A stretch of DNA of 26,338 nucleotides, from contig JAYZBV010000040.1 of the NCBI GenBank assembly GCA_036338595.1, positions 1-26,338 of the forward strand. The letters are read 5' to 3'. The translations under genes were made by a program, and so were the position numbers. Numbering within the stretch: the stretch's first letter is position 1; every line of letters begins with the position of its first letter. The notes beneath the pieces are model-generated. The model saw only the letters and a list, made by a program, of their open reading frames with translations, did no database searches and was not told where the DNA came from. Source of the stretch: Planctomycetota bacterium. GTDB lineage: Bacteria; Planctomycetota; UBA8108; UBA1146. This document shows, piece by piece, positions 23,811 through 26,338 of the stretch.

Positions 23811-26338
23811 TTGTCTTCGAGAAAGCCCAATTACCTGCTGATGACGATGGTGCTGTTGTTCTCTGGCACCGGCCTGGTTCGTTCCCAGGATGAAGGACGC
23901 GAACAGGCGATTCGTGCTGTCAGAGACGGCGCGTGCTTGCAATGCCATGAGGCCGAGGGGGAATGGTCCAGCTGGTTACGGTCGGTTCCGCCTCCGCTCC
24001 TCGATGGGGCCGGATTGCGACTTCGTCCCGACTGGCTGATCGACTGGATCTCTGATCCTGTGACGGATGAGCCGGGCACCCGTATGCCGCATGCTCTGGC
24101 CGCGGTACCCGAGGATCAGCGCCGCGAAGTGGCGACCGACATCACGCATTTCCTCATCGCGCGAGATCGCGGACCCGGTGACTGGAGCCCGGTGCAGTTC
24201 AACGGTGCCGATGTGGATCTGGGTAAACGGTTTTTTGACACCATCGGATGTGCCGCCTGTCACGACGGGCCTGCGCTGTCGGCACGGATGGCGCGGAGAA
24301 CGACCAAGACCGCTCTTACCGGGGAATTGCAGCAATCTCATGCCATCCATCGTTCCGGGAGAATGCCGCAGATCAACATGGAGCCGAGCGAGGCTGCTGC
24401 CATCGCCACGTACCTGATTCGCGATCAGGCCACCGATGCCAACGGCGATCCCTTCATCGATGTGATTCCTGGTCTGAGATACGAGGCCTATCTGGGTCGA
24501 TTCGAGAATTGCGAAAAGATCGTCGATGGAGAGCTGGTGGCGAGCGGATACGCCGAAAAGATCTCGGTCGACCCGAAGCCGAGACAGGACAACTTCGGTA
24601 TCCGCTATTTCGGCGAGTTTCTGGTGTCTCAAGCGGGCCAGTATCAGTTCTCGTTACGAAGTGATGACGGTTCAAAGCTGTGGATCGACGGTGTTCTGGT
24701 TGTCGACAACGATGGTGTCCATGGACCCACGACCAGGACCGGAAGCATGACACTGACCAGCGGCTGGCACGGTTTAGATGCGAGGGTTTTTGAGCACGGT
24801 GGTGGAGAAACGATTCTCGTCCAGTGGTCGGGTCCAGGTATCGAGAAAGAGCGCGAGTTCAGGCCTGCGGAATTACGAACCCGATCCAGTGTTGCCTTGC
24901 CGGTGGAGCCCCCCTTTCGACTGGAACCGGGGCGTATCATCCGAGGTGGTCAGGCATATTCCACATACGGCTGCAATGCTTGCCATGAGCCGAAGGCAGC
25001 CCCGAACCAGAAGAACTGGAATCAACTCCGAGCAGAGCCTGTCGGGTGTCTATCGACCGATCCTCCGGTGGGAAGTCCTGCATACAATTTCGATGATGAG
25101 ATGATCAAGAGTTTGCTCGCCTTGATCGATTCCGTCGAGTTCGAGATCGCACTCGAACCGGGTGCTCATGCCGAGTTACTCATCGACGACGCGGGTTGTA
25201 CCAGCTGTCACCAACGAAATGGCCGAGGTGGACCCGACGCCGAGAAGAACAAGACTTTTCTCGGCACCGCAGAACTGGGTGACGAAGGACGTCTGCCGCC
25301 ACTGTTGACCGGGGTGGGCACGAAGCTGAATTACGATGTTCTGCACAAGACCATCGCCGAGGGTCTGAAGGTGCGGCCCTACGTGGTCAGCCGTATGCCC
25401 TCCTACCCTGCAGCACTTGCAGAGGAAGTGACTCGCGCCATCTTCGCTGGCGACAACGAGCCGCCATCCGAACCGTTGGTTCCCGCATTCAGCATCGAGT
25501 CGCGCAAGGTAGGGCATCAACTCACCGGCACTGACGGGTTCCGATGCATCGATTGCCACAAGTTTGCAGGACACGATTCCCTCGGCGAACCCGCCTATGA
25601 TCTGGCCGTGATGGCGGCGAGGTTGCAACCGCGCTGGTTCCACGAGTACATGATCGATCCGCAATCGAAGCGCCCCGATACGCGAATGCCGACCTTCTGG
25701 TTCGATGATGTGAGTCTGTTTCCTGATCTTCTGGGGGGGGATACCGATGCCCAGGTCGAGGCTCTCTGGACCTACCTGTCCGGAGGAGCGGCTTCGCCTT
25801 TCCCCAAGGGCTTGATCATCAATCGCAGTGATTTCGATCTGTTGCCCACTGCCGAGGAACCGACGATGGTCGGTGTCTTCATGCGTGGACTCAGTGGCAG
25901 GGTCGTTGCGGTGGGTTATCCCGATCGAGTCAGCGTCGCCTACGACATGGAAAATGTCCGACTGGGTAAGGCGTGGCGAGGAGACTTCATCAACGTCAAG
26001 GGCACCTGGGTGGGGCGTGCAGGATCGCTGGAATCTCCTGCGGGGACCGATGTCATCGACTTTGCGCCCGGGCTGCCGGTCGCCATCATCGAGCAGAGAG
26101 ATTCGAAGTGGCCCGATGATCCGGTTCGCGATCAGGGCTGGCGATATCGTGGCCATCGAAGAGATGCCGAGCGCAAACCGATCTTCCGCATCTCCGGCCC
26201 CGGCGGGGTCGAGATGACCGAGTTGGTGGTGCCGCTGGTGGCTGCGGATGGAATTCATCTGCGGAGAATTTTCCGCTTCGAGGGGGATTCGTTGCCACGC
26301 AACCTGGCGATGCGGTTTGCCCGATCGAAACAGATCTC
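23811..26338 (+). CDS. Multiheme c-type cytochrome (at least 5 CxxCH) with an internal PA14 domain; truncated by the window edge and absent from the ORF track
   Basis: Manual translation from the TTG at 23811 (GGAGGA SD at 23799-23804) stays open for 842 codons; signal peptide ending VRS|Q; CLQCH 23934, CAACH 24249, CNACH 24972, CTSCH 25197, CIDCH 25545; PA14 signature DNFGIRYFG..YQFSLRSDDGSKLWIDG..DNDGVH..FEHGGG. Confidence 0.9.
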   Translation, partial: MSSRKPNYLLMTMVLLFSGTGLVRSQDEGREQAIRAVRDGACLQCHEAEGEWSSWLRSVPPPLLDGAGLRLRPDWLIDWISDPVTDEPGTRMPHALAAVPEDQRREVATDITHFLIARDRGPGDWSPVQFNGADVDLGKRFFDTIGCAACHDGPALSARMARRTTKTALTGELQQSHAIHRSGRMPQINMEPSEAAAIATYLIRDQATDANGDPFIDVIPGLRYEAYLGRFENCEKIVDGELVASGYAEKISVDPKPRQDNFGIRYFGEFLVSQAGQYQFSLRSDDGSKLWIDGVLVVDNDGVHGPTTRTGSMTLTSGWHGLDARVFEHGGGETILVQWSGPGIEKEREFRPAELRTRSSVALPVEPPFRLEPGRIIRGGQAYSTYGCNACHEPKAAPNQKNWNQLRAEPVGCLSTDPPVGSPAYNFDDEMIKSLLALIDSVEFEIALEPGAHAELLIDDAGCTSCHQRNGRGGPDAEKNKTFLGTAELGDEGRLPPLLTGVGTKLNYDVLHKTIAEGLKVRPYVVSRMPSYPAALAEEVTRAIFAGDNEPPSEPLVPAFSIESRKVGHQLTGTDGFRCIDCHKFAGHDSLGEPAYDLAVMAARLQPRWFHEYMIDPQSKRPDTRMPTFWFDDVSLFPDLLGGDTDAQVEALWTYLSGGAASPFPKGLIINRSDFDLLPTAEEPTMVGVFMRGLSGRVVAVGYPDRVSVAYDMENVRLGKAWRGDFINVKGTWVGRAGSLESPAGTDVIDFAPGLPVAIIEQRDSKWPDDPVRDQGWRYRGHRRDAERKPIFRISGPGGVEMTELVVPLVAADGIHLRRIFRFEGDSLPRNLAMRFARSKQI

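Noticed and set aside
25733..25740. G8 homopolymer in the cytochrome gene as a phase-variation tract
   Set aside because: In frame (Leu-Gly-Gly-Asp), short, and no evidence of length variation without reads
25176..26258. 360-aa minus-strand ORF (and 23976..24632)
   Set aside because: Antisense shadows of the heme/PA14 cytochrome frame, with no motifs of their own
1..26338. Frequent GATC/TCGA/CGATCG words suggesting a HIP1-like repeat
   Set aside because: Plausibly explained by ATC-GAT/ATC-GAG codon pairs; cannot be claimed without a Markov-model enrichment test

Overview
Bacterial chromosomal window of roughly 55-60% GC by eye, probably from an uncultured Planctomycetota lineage (inferred from the Cys-tailed 'FxRGDxNxDG' dockerins and the PA14-multiheme cytochrome). 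The left 14.7 kb is a cluster of seven secreted proteins carrying nine dockerin-like modules. Two have a dockerin-cohesin-dockerin layout, and none shows a catalytic motif I recognise. The cluster also holds an unannotated, internally deleted eighth paralog remnant and a 62-bp duplicated stop/3'UTR cassette. One dockerin gene lies inverted between glcD and glcEF of a glycolate-oxidase-like operon. The right half encodes a membrane-anchored ClpA/B-like double AAA+ ATPase fused to a release-factor-2-like domain that lacks the GGQ domain, two degenerate M16-peptidase-like proteins, and a PA14 + at least 5-heme cytochrome c that is missing from the ORF track because it runs off the right edge. No rRNA, tRNA, CRISPR array or transposase was seen.
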